A stretch of DNA of 64,000 bases from an uncultured Acidobacteriota bacterium (GTDB lineage: Bacteria > Actinomycetota > Acidimicrobiia > Spongiisociales > ZC4RG35): positions 71,524 to 135,523 of the forward strand of contig CAWILU010000003.1 in assembly GCA_963837055.1 (NCBI GenBank), in the 5' to 3' direction. The first letter of the stretch is position 1. Every line of letters begins with the position of its first letter. The position numbers and the translations under genes were made by a program. The notes beneath the pieces were generated by a model. The model did no database searches, was not told where the DNA came from, and was given only the letters and a program-made list of their open reading frames with translations. Shown here in pieces: positions 46,534 through 54,316 of the stretch.

Positions 46534-47434
46534 CCCTGGTCGCCAGCAGGGCCTTGCCGGCGGCGCTGTTGTAGGTGAGATTGTGGTCGGCGCAGAACCG
46601 TTGGGCGACACTTGCCACCCCCATCTTGTCGATCCCATGCTCGATCCCCAGACCGTCGAGCAGATAGAGCAAGTCCTCGGTCGCCACGTTGCCGCTGGCG
46701 CCGGGTGCGTAGGGGCACCCTCCCAGTCCCCCAGCAGAAGAATCCATCATGGCGACGCCGCGTTGGAGTGCGACCATCGTGTTGGCGATGGCCTGACCGT
46801 AGGTGTCGTGGAAATGGACGCCGACCGCCTCAGCAGGAACCCTCCCGAGAACTTCCTCGAGGAGACGCTCGATGTGAGCCGGCGTGGCCCGGCCAATCGT
46901 CTCCCCCAGGAACACCGCATGGGCCCCCCATTCGATCAGCGTCTCGGCTAGGTGCGCCACCCAATCGGGGTCCTGCTCACCCTCATAGGGGCAATGGGTG
47001 GCGGTGGACACATAACCCCGGATCACCACGTCCTCAGGGGCATCGAGGAGGATGCGACGGATCCGATGCATCGACTCGTCGACCGTCGCGTTGAGGTTGC
47101 GCTCGCTGAAGGTGTCGGACGCCGCGGTGAGAACCCCAATGCCGTCGACGCCGGCCGCCACCGCCGCTTCGAGGCCTTTCGAGTTGGGCACCAACCCGAA
47201 CAGCGTCATGTCATCGGTTCGTTCGACCCCGGCCAGCACTTCGGACCCATCTGCCATCTGCGGAACCGCCTTCGGGCTGACGAAGGACACGGCATCGAAG
47301 GAGCGGAGACCGGCCCCAGCCAAGGAGTTGATCAGGCCCGATTTCGCGGTCGTCGGGACCCATGCACCGAGCGATTGGAGACCGTCACGAGAGGATGACT
47401 CGGTGACGAGAACTCGCGTGGGCAGAGCGCTCAC
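46523..47434 (-). CDS. hydroxymethylglutaryl-CoA lyase
   Basis: ...SFVSPKAVPQMAD...VHFHDTYGQAIANT...GGLGGCPYAPGASGNVATEDL... Confidence 0.88.
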   Translation of the reverse strand: MSALPTRVLVTESSSRDGLQSLGAWVPTTAKSGLINSLAGAGLRSFDAVSFVSPKAVPQMADGSEVLAGVERTDDMTLFGLVPNSKGLEAAVAAGVDGIGVLTAASDTFSERNLNATVDESMHRIRRILLDAPEDVVIRGYVSTATHCPYEGEQDPDWVAHLAETLIEWGAHAVFLGETIGRATPAHIERLLEEVLGRVPAEAVGVHFHDTYGQAIANTMVALQRGVAMMDSSAGGLGGCPYAPGASGNVATEDLLYLLDGLGIEHGIDKMGVASVAQRFCADHNLTYNSAAGKALLATRDGE

Positions 47435-47467
47435 GTCCGCGACGGTAACTGCAAAGCCCTAGGCGTT

Positions 47468-47800
47468 TCAGCCGCTCTGCTTGAACTCGGCGAGGCTCTC
47501 GATGAACTGAATCCGCCGGCCGCTGCGAGCCAGGCGGTTCCCGATCTGGCTGTAGGTCTCGCCGTTGTTCCGTAAACGCAGGACAACACGCTCCACCGGT
47601 CGCAATGCGTTCTCCGTCACGGCCTGATCGGGGAGGCCATCTCGTTTGTACTCGGCCATCCGGATGATTCGGGTGACCGTCCCTGGCTTCTTGCCCACCT
47701 TCTTGCCGATGTCGGCCAGCGAGCAGCCTTCGTCCTGCAATCTCATCACCACTCGCTCGATGGGGCGCATCCGGGCGACTGATTCGGCAGCCTCAGGCAT
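47468..47800 (-). CDS. small protein made of two tandem HTH (sigma-70 region 4 / LuxR-like) modules
   Basis: Internal duplication: RPIERVVMRLQDEGCSLADIGKKVGKKPGTVTRIIRMAEYK and RPVERVVLRLRNNGETYSQIGNRLARSGRRIQFIESLAEFK. It overlaps the ferredoxin gene by 8 nt. Confidence 0.6.
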   Translation of the reverse strand: MPEAAESVARMRPIERVVMRLQDEGCSLADIGKKVGKKPGTVTRIIRMAEYKRDGLPDQAVTENALRPVERVVLRLRNNGETYSQIGNRLARSGRRIQFIESLAEFKQSG

Positions 47801-48095
47801 GCACCGCGTCCTCGTTGTAGGGCTCGATCATGATGCACTCACCGGGGCATTCCTCGGCCGACTCGATGGTGTCCTCGATCAACGAGTCCGGGACTCGGGC
47901 TACGCCACGGGCGCCGTCGGGAGCTGCTTCGCCATCGAACACGATGGTGCGGCCAAAATGCTTCGACTCCTCTTTGACCACCCAGAGACCGTCGTCACGG
48001 CCCACGAACACATCAGGGGTGATCTCCTCGCAGATCCCGTCGCCGGTGCAGAGGTCCTGATCGATCCAAACCATCAGCTTGGTCTTGTCGGCCAC
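47793..48095 (-). CDS. ferredoxin (single-cluster, actinobacterial type)
   Basis: WIDQDLCTGDGICEE...AEECPGECI cysteine motifs. 100 aa. Confidence 0.8.
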   Translation of the reverse strand: MADKTKLMVWIDQDLCTGDGICEEITPDVFVGRDDGLWVVKEESKHFGRTIVFDGEAAPDGARGVARVPDSLIEDTIESAEECPGECIMIEPYNEDAVHA

Positions 48096-48127
48096 TTCAG
48101 TTCACCTCGTCTCGAAAGAGCCGTTCA

Positions 48128-48676
48128 TTATGACCCTACCCGGGGCTGCCGCTCATCAATCTCGTCTGGCTCCAGCACGAACACCCTGATCCGGCGGTGC
48201 GAGGCGCGACCGGCGTAGTACTCATATCCCGGGTAGGCAGAGGCGGCCTTTTCCCATGTGCTCTCGGTCTCCGAATGGTCGGCAGGGCGAGCGCGGACCT
48301 CCACCTGGGCGGCCCTGTACGAGACCCGTGCGCAGGGATCGGCCTCCAGGTTGCGCACCCACCCTGGCGTCGTCTCATGCCCGAAATGGGTGCCGAGCAC
48401 AGCCAGATCGCCGCCCACCGGGAATCCGAGCAGGGGAACCGTTCGCTCCGTCCCGGTCTTGGCGCCCCGGGTCGTCAGCCACAGGACTGGAAGACCGCTT
48501 GTCATCGACGTCATGGTCGACTTCCCCCCGGTGATGCGTGAAACGAAGCGGTCAACCGCCGGCAGGATCTTGCGACTGACCGCTGACACCGGACGGGTCG
48601 ACACCACGGCCACTACGGCGCGCCGGATCGCGTTCTGATCTCCTTGGACATAGCCGAGCTGGGAGGCGAGCCCCAT
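48128..48676 (-). CDS. deazaflavin (F420)-dependent nitroreductase-family protein (DDN/DUF385-like)
   Basis: ...LPVLWLTTRGAKTGTERTVPLLGF..GGDLAVLGT..G....PGWVRNLEADP... Confidence 0.7.
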   Translation of the reverse strand: MGLASQLGYVQGDQNAIRRAVVAVVSTRPVSAVSRKILPAVDRFVSRITGGKSTMTSMTSGLPVLWLTTRGAKTGTERTVPLLGFPVGGDLAVLGTHFGHETTPGWVRNLEADPCARVSYRAAQVEVRARPADHSETESTWEKAASAYPGYEYYAGRASHRRIRVFVLEPDEIDERQPRVGS

Positions 48677-48715
48677 CGGGCAACGGTACGCCCCCCTCTA
48701 CCATCGACAGCAGGC

Positions 48716-49039
48716 ATGGATGGACACGCCCTCGTTCTCATCACATGTGGAGGCCAGGATGAGGCCCGGGAGATCGCCCGGCGCCTGGTGGAAACCGGTC
48801 TGGCGGCCGGCGCACAGATCCTCCCTATCGAGAGCATCTACCGCTGGCAGGGCAACATCGTGGAGGACCATGAGTGGCTGATCCTGGCCAAGACCCGGCA
48901 GGATCGGTTCGATTCGATCGAGGCCTCGGTGAGCGACCTGCACTCATACGAGGTGCCGCCGGTGCTGATGGTCGAGATGGATAAGGCCAGTCGACCTTAC
49001 CTCGCCTGGATCGACGAGAACGTGATCCCCGCCCCGTGA
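48716..49039 (+). CDS. cutA: divalent-cation tolerance protein CutA
   Basis: MDGHALVLITCGGQDEAREIARRLVETGLAAGAQILPIESIYRWQGNIVEDHEWLILAKT...YEVPPVL. Confidence 0.85.
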   Translation: MDGHALVLITCGGQDEAREIARRLVETGLAAGAQILPIESIYRWQGNIVEDHEWLILAKTRQDRFDSIEASVSDLHSYEVPPVLMVEMDKASRPYLAWIDENVIPAP

Positions 49040-49054
49040 GGAGCGGGAATCCAA

Positions 49055-49076
49055 TGGTGGAGGTGCGGGGAGTCGA
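49055..49076 (-). repeat. 22-bp copy of the ssrA 3' end (att-like direct repeat)
   Basis: tggtggaggtgcggggagtcga is identical to 50565-50586, the acceptor and T-arm end of the tmRNA. Confidence 0.9.
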
Positions 49077-49299
49077 TACCTGTCAGCTGGAATCGTCCGC
49101 TGTCGTTCCGTACCCCACTGTCACGCAGTAGCAGGGAGGATCCGCACTCCGGGGCGAGGATTCCGCGGCAGATCGCCGGGGTGCCTCGCGCCCAATCTGG
49201 TCAACCCTCGGCTCTCCATTACCAGCTGAAACCTGAAGACTCGTCGAACCACTCCGGGTCCGGCCACCATTGGGACTCGCTATGTCGAGAGCGGCGGAA

Positions 49300-50199
49300 T
49301 CAGGGACTGGCGCTGTCCTCAAGAGGAATAGTCAGCGCGTCGATTTCCTCTCCCGCATCACTCACCGCAGAGACGGTGAGCTCTTGTTCCTGTTGAGTCA
49401 GGGTGAGAAAGTTGTGAACCTCTTCCCCAACGATCCGAGGAGTATGGCCGCTGGGACAGTCGTCCAGTTCATGCAAATCCCGCCCGCCCCCGCCCGTCAC
49501 TACATAGGGCACCCCATTTTCCTCGAATCGCTGATAGGTGTGAGCGTGCCCACTGAGCACGAGAATCACGTCATCGTCGAAGAGTGGCAGCCAGTCCGCT
49601 TTTACCGCCTCGTCATCGTCATGAGCAGAGCAGCTGAAGGGCGGATGATGGAATACGACAATGGTGGGCACATCGATGCGCTCCATCTCCGATTCCAGAT
49701 AGGAGAGCTGAGCCGGTGAGTCCACGTTGTTGGAATCCAGTATCAAGATTTCGGTGTCACCCCACTCGATGGTGGCCCAACGGGGCGGGTTGCCAAATGC
49801 CGCCTTGACCTCGGCGATGCGGTCGGACGACTCGACGTCGTGATTCCCCCAGGTGATCCAGAAGTCGACACCAGCGGAACGAGTCCATTGAAACGGATGC
49901 ATGATCTCGTCTCGGTCGTCTTCATACATATTGTCCCCGGTCGTGAGAATTGCCTGCACGGCATGAGAGGAGGCATACCCCTCCATTTCGGAGGCGATCA
50001 TCGACTCGTCTTCGTCCCCCGATCCCCAATCCCCGATAACTAGCAGAGAGCCAGGCTCTGCATCAGTCTGGTCATAAAACGATTGGGCGACACTCTGAGT
50101 TGGTTCGACGGAGCGCGGTTCAGTGGAGTCGGATAAGTCGCATGCGACCAACAAGGCGCACAGCAATACTGCCCCCAGAAAGCATCCCCACCTCTTCAT
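49300..50199 (-). CDS. metallophosphoesterase (calcineurin-like) lipoprotein
   Basis: The ATG at 50199 gives MKRWGCFLGAVLLCALLVAC (lipobox LVAC). Motifs: LVIGDWGS, GDNMY, ITWGNHD, VVFHHPP, LSGHAH. Confidence 0.85.
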   Translation of the reverse strand: MKRWGCFLGAVLLCALLVACDLSDSTEPRSVEPTQSVAQSFYDQTDAEPGSLLVIGDWGSGDEDESMIASEMEGYASSHAVQAILTTGDNMYEDDRDEIMHPFQWTRSAGVDFWITWGNHDVESSDRIAEVKAAFGNPPRWATIEWGDTEILILDSNNVDSPAQLSYLESEMERIDVPTIVVFHHPPFSCSAHDDDEAVKADWLPLFDDDVILVLSGHAHTYQRFEENGVPYVVTGGGGRDLHELDDCPSGHTPRIVGEEVHNFLTLTQQEQELTVSAVSDAGEEIDALTIPLEDSASP

Positions 50200-50543
50200 G
50201 TCTGAACAAGTGTACGGGTGGCCCGACACCGAGCAATTCTGGGGGTTTCGTTGTGCGAGGATCAGGGAAAGCGAACTCGGGACGGACCTTGCCTGGCGAG
50301 CAGTTCGGTCAGGCCGATGGGTTCACGAGGATATGAAAGCGCCTGGCCGAGGTGGCGGGTGTCCAGGTCTTGCGGTCACACAGCGGAGCCTGCCACGGTT
50401 GGGTCACCCGGGCGCGGGAAACCGGGGTCTCGATGAAGGTTGTGCAGGAGCAGTGGTGCCATGCCTAGCTGGCGCCACCGGCGACATCTACGGCCACGTT
50501 TCAGAGGAAGTCGCCGGCTATGAGTCGAAAAGGTCATTGCATA

Positions 50544-50561
50544 GGGAAGATTTCTCTTCCC
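50544..50561 (-). terminator. 7-bp stem-loop 3 nt downstream of ssrA
   Basis: GGGAAGA-tttc-TCTTCCC. No clear U-tract. Confidence 0.35.
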
Positions 50562-50564
50562 TTC

Positions 50565-50915
50565 TGGTGGAGGTGCGGGGAGTCGAACCCCGGTCCGTCG
50601 AGCCCTCAGCGCCGGCATCTCCGAGCGCAGTCGTCAGCGAGCTTTCGGCAACAGGAACTCTGACGACGAGTTTCCCTGCGCCTATCCGGAGTTGACTTGG
50701 CCCCACGGTCCCGAAACCCCGTGAGGGGCATCCCGCTGTGCGGCGCCCGGCCCCAGCCGTGCGGGATTCGGCTGGGCGGACGGGCTACTTATTTAGGCAG
50801 CCAGTGCGAAGTTGTCTTCGGCACTTATTGGTTTTTCCGGTTTGTTGACGAGGCCCCGGAGACCCCGGCTCGCTTCCAACGCCTCAACACTCGACGTCGA
50901 AACCGTTTCACCCCC
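50565..50915 (-). ncRNA. ssrA: tmRNA (SsrA)
   Basis: The minus strand begins GGGGGUGAAACGGUUUCGACGUCGAG and ends ...CCGGGGUUCGACUCCCCGCACCUCCACCA (tRNA-Ala-like with G3:U70). The internal tag ORF GCC GAA GAC AAC UUC GCA CUG GCU GCC UAA gives (A)EDNFALAA. smpB is adjacent. Confidence 0.92.
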
Positions 50916-51013
50916 AGTGGGTGCCGCCAGTTTAGCCGTTGGGAACCGCTCGCTCACCAGCGTGGTGGTGAGTGATGAGAAACCCACAACCCAAGACCCA
51001 CCACTCAGAACCC

Positions 51014-51490
51014 TCAGGACCTACGACTCTTCATCGCGCGCTCCACTTCCCGGTCGGCATCCCGTTCCCTGAGAGTCTCCCGCTTGTCATAAGAGGTCTT
51101 GCCCTTGGCGAGGCCCAATTCCACCTTTGCCCTGCCCTCTTTGAAATAGACCTGGAGCGGGACAAGGGTGAGGCCCTTCTCGGCGATTTGACCCTCCATC
51201 CGGTCGATCTCGCGACGATGGAGCAGCAGCTTTCGCTCGCGCTCCGGTTCGTGGCCCCCATCGCGGGCGAATTCGTACGGGGCGATGTAGGCGCCCACGA
51301 GATAGGCCTCGCCGCCCTTGACGAGGGCGTAGGAGTCCTTGAGATCGAGTCGTCCCTCCCGTAGGGACTTGACTTCGGATCCGACCAGGAGGAGACCTGC
51401 CTCGAGGGTCTCGACGACGGTGTAGTTGCGCCGGGCCCGGCGATTGCTGGCCACGACCTTGACCCGCTCGGACTCAGCCGAGCGCGCCAT
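51014..51490 (-). CDS. smpB: SsrA-binding protein SmpB
   Basis: ...NRRARRNYTV.ETLEAGL.L.GSEVKSLR.GR..L.DSYA......EAYL....I.PY... 158 aa. Confidence 0.93.
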   Translation of the reverse strand: MARSAESERVKVVASNRRARRNYTVVETLEAGLLLVGSEVKSLREGRLDLKDSYALVKGGEAYLVGAYIAPYEFARDGGHEPERERKLLLHRREIDRMEGQIAEKGLTLVPLQVYFKEGRAKVELGLAKGKTSYDKRETLRERDADREVERAMKSRRS

Positions 51491-52417
51491 TCAGGCCACC
51501 CCGGTGGGAATCTCTTCCCCGACCCCGTCGGCCTCTCGCAGATAGCGGCTCAGGCCGAGCAATGAGCCGATCACACCCGCTGCCGCCCCGAAGATGATGA
51601 AGAGCAGCCCCCATCGCAGGAAGAACTGGTTGCTCACATCGAGTCGGAACAAAGCGAACTCGGCGCTGGCCTCGGCGAGCCGGGTGGCGCCCAGCCAGAC
51701 GGTGAACACCGCCAGCGCAGCACCGACCACCCCCTCGATGAGGCCCTCCAAGAGGAACGGGATCCTGATGTACCAGTTGGAGGCGCCAACCAGCTTCATG
51801 ATCTCGACTTCATCACGTCTGGCATAGATGGCGAGACGGATCGTGTTGGCGATCAGCACCACCGCCGATGCGCCCAGGATGATGGCCATCCCAATCCCGA
51901 GCACGTTGAGCACGCTGGAGAGGTTCTGCAACTGTTCGATCTGCTCGGCAGCGGTGTCCACTCGGCGCACCACCTGTTGTTGTTGCTCGAGCTTGAACTT
52001 GACCGACTGGTGCAACTCGATTGCGACCAACTCGATCCGGACCGAGGCAGGCAGGATGGTCGGGTCGATCTCGAGCAATTCGTCCTGGCCGGCGAATATC
52101 TCCTGATATTCGACCCAGGCCTGAGCCTTGTCGACATAGGAGGCCCGGTTCACCTCCTCCCAGGACTCGACCTCGGCGAGCAGAGCCTGGTGGGCACCGG
52201 GCGGCACCCCGGTGGTTCCCTCATCTTGAAGGAAGGCAATGACGTGAACCCCTTCCTGCCAGGCAAGCGTGTTCACGCGAAGGATCTCGTTCACCACCAA
52301 GGCGCCGAAGGCAAGGCTGAGGGAGATGAACACGGCCAGGATCGCACCGGCCACGACGAGGAAATTGCGCTTGAGATTGACCAGCGCCTCACGGAGGAGG
52401 AAGAAGAACCGGCTCAC
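51491..52417 (-). CDS. ftsX: cell-division ABC transporter permease FtsX
   Basis: 308 aa: N-terminal TM helix, periplasmic domain and three C-terminal TM helices. It follows ftsE with a 4-nt overlap. Confidence 0.88.
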   Translation of the reverse strand: MSRFFFLLREALVNLKRNFLVVAGAILAVFISLSLAFGALVVNEILRVNTLAWQEGVHVIAFLQDEGTTGVPPGAHQALLAEVESWEEVNRASYVDKAQAWVEYQEIFAGQDELLEIDPTILPASVRIELVAIELHQSVKFKLEQQQQVVRRVDTAAEQIEQLQNLSSVLNVLGIGMAIILGASAVVLIANTIRLAIYARRDEVEIMKLVGASNWYIRIPFLLEGLIEGVVGAALAVFTVWLGATRLAEASAEFALFRLDVSNQFFLRWGLLFIIFGAAAGVIGSLLGLSRYLREADGVGEEIPTGVA

Positions 52418-53103
52418 GCCTGGCCCTGCTCGTACCGCCCGGAGTGCTCGTCCCTGGTGACCACGCCCTTGTCCAGCGCGACGACCCTTCGTTGCATTGC
52501 GTCGACGATGGCGAAGTCATGGGTAGCCATGACGATGGTGGTACCGGTTCGGTTGATCCGGTCGAGCAGCTTCATGATCCCCACCGAGGTCTTGGGGTCG
52601 AGGTTCCCGGTCGGCTCGTCGGCCAGCATGATCGGGGGCCGGTTGACGAAGGCCCTGGCCACCGAGACACGCTGTTGCTCTCCACCGGATAGTTGTTTCG
52701 GATAGCGACCCCCCATCTCGGAGAGCCCGACGAGATCGAGCACCTGATCGACCTGCGGCCCGATCACCGAGCGAGGGCGTCCCAAGACCTCGAGAGCGAA
52801 CGAGACGTTCTCCACGACGGTCTTGTTGGGGAGGAGCTTGTAGTCCTGGAACACGGTCCCCACCGAGCGCCGCAAATAGGGGATCTTCCATTTGGGCAGG
52901 GTCGTGATGTCCTTGCCCGCTACCCATACCTTGCCCCGCGTCACCCCCTCATCACGAAGCATGAGGCGGATGAGCGTGGACTTGCCCGAGCCCGAGGCCC
53001 CGACGAGAAAGACGAACTCGCCCTTCTGGATGTCGAGGGAGACGTCGTGGGCGGCGACGGTGCCGCCTTCATAGACTTTGGTTACGTGTTCGAGCCGAAT
53101 CAT
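52414..53103 (-). CDS. ftsE: cell-division ATP-binding protein FtsE
   Basis: Walker A GASGSGKSTL, signature LSGGEQQRV, Walker B IMLADEPTGNLD. Confidence 0.93.
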   Translation of the reverse strand: MIRLEHVTKVYEGGTVAAHDVSLDIQKGEFVFLVGASGSGKSTLIRLMLRDEGVTRGKVWVAGKDITTLPKWKIPYLRRSVGTVFQDYKLLPNKTVVENVSFALEVLGRPRSVIGPQVDQVLDLVGLSEMGGRYPKQLSGGEQQRVSVARAFVNRPPIMLADEPTGNLDPKTSVGIMKLLDRINRTGTTIVMATHDFAIVDAMQRRVVALDKGVVTRDEHSGRYEQGQA

Positions 53104-53174
53104 GGGAACAAGAGGAGTTTCGCAGCCTTCATTGGATCAACCGCGGACCTGGGACGGTAACGGCCCGGCTGGAA

Positions 53175-54308
53175 TTACGCGGAATCAGTCGAGGCCTCGT
53201 GACCAGCCCTCCGCCAGCGGAGATACGCCTCCACGAAACCCATGAGGTCGCCATCGAGGACCCCCTGGACATTCCCCACCTCGTGATCGGTGCGCAGGTC
53301 CTTGACCATCTGATACGGCTGCAGGACATAGGAGCGGATCTGACGGCCCCACGCGGCCTCACCTTGATCACCCCTGAGCTCTTCGAGGTGTGCCTGCCTC
53401 TCCTGGCGGACCCGCTCGGCGATACGTGACTGGAGAATCGCCATCGCACGCGCTTTGTTCTGAAGCTGGGATCGCTCGTTCTGGCACTGGACCACGATGC
53501 CGGTGGGCAAGTGCGTGATCCGCACTGCCGAGTCGGTGGTGTTGACGTGCTGGCCTCCCGCCCCCTGAGACCGGTAGGTGTCGATCCGGAGATCGTCCTC
53601 ATCGATCTCGACCTTGGCCTGGTCGCCGAGATCGGGGACGACAACCACTCCGGCAAATGAAGTATGGCGGCGGGCGTTGGAGTCGAACGGGCTGATCCGA
53701 ACCAACCGGTGAACACCCCGCTCGGACTCGAGCGTCCCATAAGCCCGGTCGCCTCTGACGGTGAAGGTGGCCGACTTGATCCCGGCCTCCTCACCCTCGG
53801 TTACCTCCTCCACCGTGTAGGTGAAGCCGGAATCCGTGAGAAAGCGCTGGTACATCCTGGCCATCATCTCGGCCCAGTCCTGGGCGTCGACCCCCCCGGC
53901 CCCGGCATGGACACTGAGGATGGCGTCACCTTCGTCGTACTCGTCGTAGTAGAGCGACTCGAGCTCGAGCGCATCGAGCTCCCCTGAGACTGCGGCCAGC
54001 TCCTCCAAAGCTTCTTTGCGGGCAACCTCGTCGCCGGCTTCGTCGGCCAGCTCCAGCAACACCTCGGCGTCGTCGATCTTCGCGGTGAGCCCGCTGACCA
54101 TGTCGAAGAGCCCCTCGTATCGGGCGAGACGTTGGCTGACCAGGCGCGCCTCGCTCTGGTCATCCCACAGATCGGGCGCCGAGGCCCGTTCCCGGAGCTC
54201 GTCCAGCTCCTTCTCCTTGGTCTCCAGGTCCAGGAACCCTCTGGCCTCGACCAGTCTCTGGCGGAGCTCGGCCAGCGTCGCCTTGGGGTCTGTGATCTCG
54301 GTGGTCAT
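53175..54308 (-). CDS. prfB: peptide chain release factor 2 (uninterrupted frame)
   Basis: The ATG at 54308 gives MTTEITDPKATLAELRQRL... SPF motif region (RISPFDS) and GGQ motif (RSQGAGGQHVNTTDSAVR). No in-frame UGA frameshift site is present. Confidence 0.92.
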   Translation of the reverse strand: MTTEITDPKATLAELRQRLVEARGFLDLETKEKELDELRERASAPDLWDDQSEARLVSQRLARYEGLFDMVSGLTAKIDDAEVLLELADEAGDEVARKEALEELAAVSGELDALELESLYYDEYDEGDAILSVHAGAGGVDAQDWAEMMARMYQRFLTDSGFTYTVEEVTEGEEAGIKSATFTVRGDRAYGTLESERGVHRLVRISPFDSNARRHTSFAGVVVVPDLGDQAKVEIDEDDLRIDTYRSQGAGGQHVNTTDSAVRITHLPTGIVVQCQNERSQLQNKARAMAILQSRIAERVRQERQAHLEELRGDQGEAAWGRQIRSYVLQPYQMVKDLRTDHEVGNVQGVLDGDLMGFVEAYLRWRRAGHEASTDSA

Positions 54309-54316
54309 CGCTCCGC

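Larger units (their letters stand above)
49055..50564. mobile_element. putative 1.5-kb remnant insert at the ssrA 3' end
   Basis: The segment lies between the ssrA 3' end and its 22-bp duplicate. It contains one lipoprotein gene and copies of the islet repeat family. No integrase is present. Confidence 0.5.

Noticed and set aside
49270-49719. Plus-strand ORF of 149 aa starting just after repeat copy 49228-49252
   Set aside because: It is antisense to the metallophosphoesterase gene, which has all the canonical motifs. No RBS is present.
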